A program made the position numbers and the translations under genes. A stretch of DNA of 63,992 nucleotides, the filler included, from Basidiobolus ranarum (taxonomy: Eukaryota), in NCBI GenBank assembly GCA_040143965.1. It is 7 parts of 7 records of this genome, joined end to end, with 100 filler letters (N's around TTAATTAATTAA, not from the genome) between each part and the next. Parts side by side here need not be neighbours in the genome. Positions count along the whole stretch, not along the records: positions 55,750 to 63,992 come from JASJQH010000995.1; 6 more parts are not named here. One strand, 5' to 3'. The notes beneath the pieces are model-generated. The model made no database searches. It was given only the letters and a program-made list of their open reading frames with translations, and had not been told where the DNA came from. This document shows, piece after piece, positions 63,717 through 63,992 of this stretch; position 1 is the first letter of the stretch, and each line of letters begins with the position of its first letter.

Positions 63717-63992
63717 ACACTCCTTACTAACAAAAATAAAATTAATTTGATCCAAATCAGATCCATCCATCTAAATCACAAATCCCTCAGAGAACCATCA
63801 CAATATTGGTGGCTTGCATTCTGCCAAGGATTTCAATGGTGTTATGGCAGTGTCTTGACAGTATTTTGATGGTATTCATCGATGTTAAAATATTGATCCT
63901 CAAATTTGGCATGCGTTATTCAATATCCAGCAATTTTTGCAAAAATATAATTTTTGAATGGCAAATTACTGGGTTTACTGCTGTAGGAATTT

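Overview
This is eukaryotic DNA from an intron-rich, AT-rich fungus. Gene content suggests an early-diverging lineage (Zoopagomycota/Mucoromycota-like); this is inference only. It is not one locus: six artificial 100-bp spacers (44 N + TTAATTAATTAA + 44 N) join seven contigs of steadily decreasing size (>=9205, 9198, 9193, 9190, 9187, 9176, >=8243 bp), so adjacency across spacers means nothing. Recognisable genes: a GT28 sterol glucosyltransferase, PheRS beta, an MFSD5-type transporter, an ORT1-like mitochondrial carrier, BUR1/CDK9, a P-type ATPase, an EFM2-like methyltransferase, an AA11 LPMO, a division-2 chitin synthase, Cys-domain/Ser-Thr-His-repeat secreted proteins, a CBS-PB1 protein, a GH15 and a Flo8/Som1-like LisH factor. 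There are also many Ty1/copia LTR pieces and decayed CACTA/gypsy remnants. Three observations stand out. (1) Manual splicing shows a His/Cys permuted-papain-like (PPPDE/LRAT-type) domain fused in frame to the sterol glucosyltransferase, a candidate glucosylate-then-acylate enzyme. (2) The P-type ATPase has lost its membrane ion-binding residues and has altered catalytic motifs. (3) The mitochondrial carrier has only two of the three repeats.
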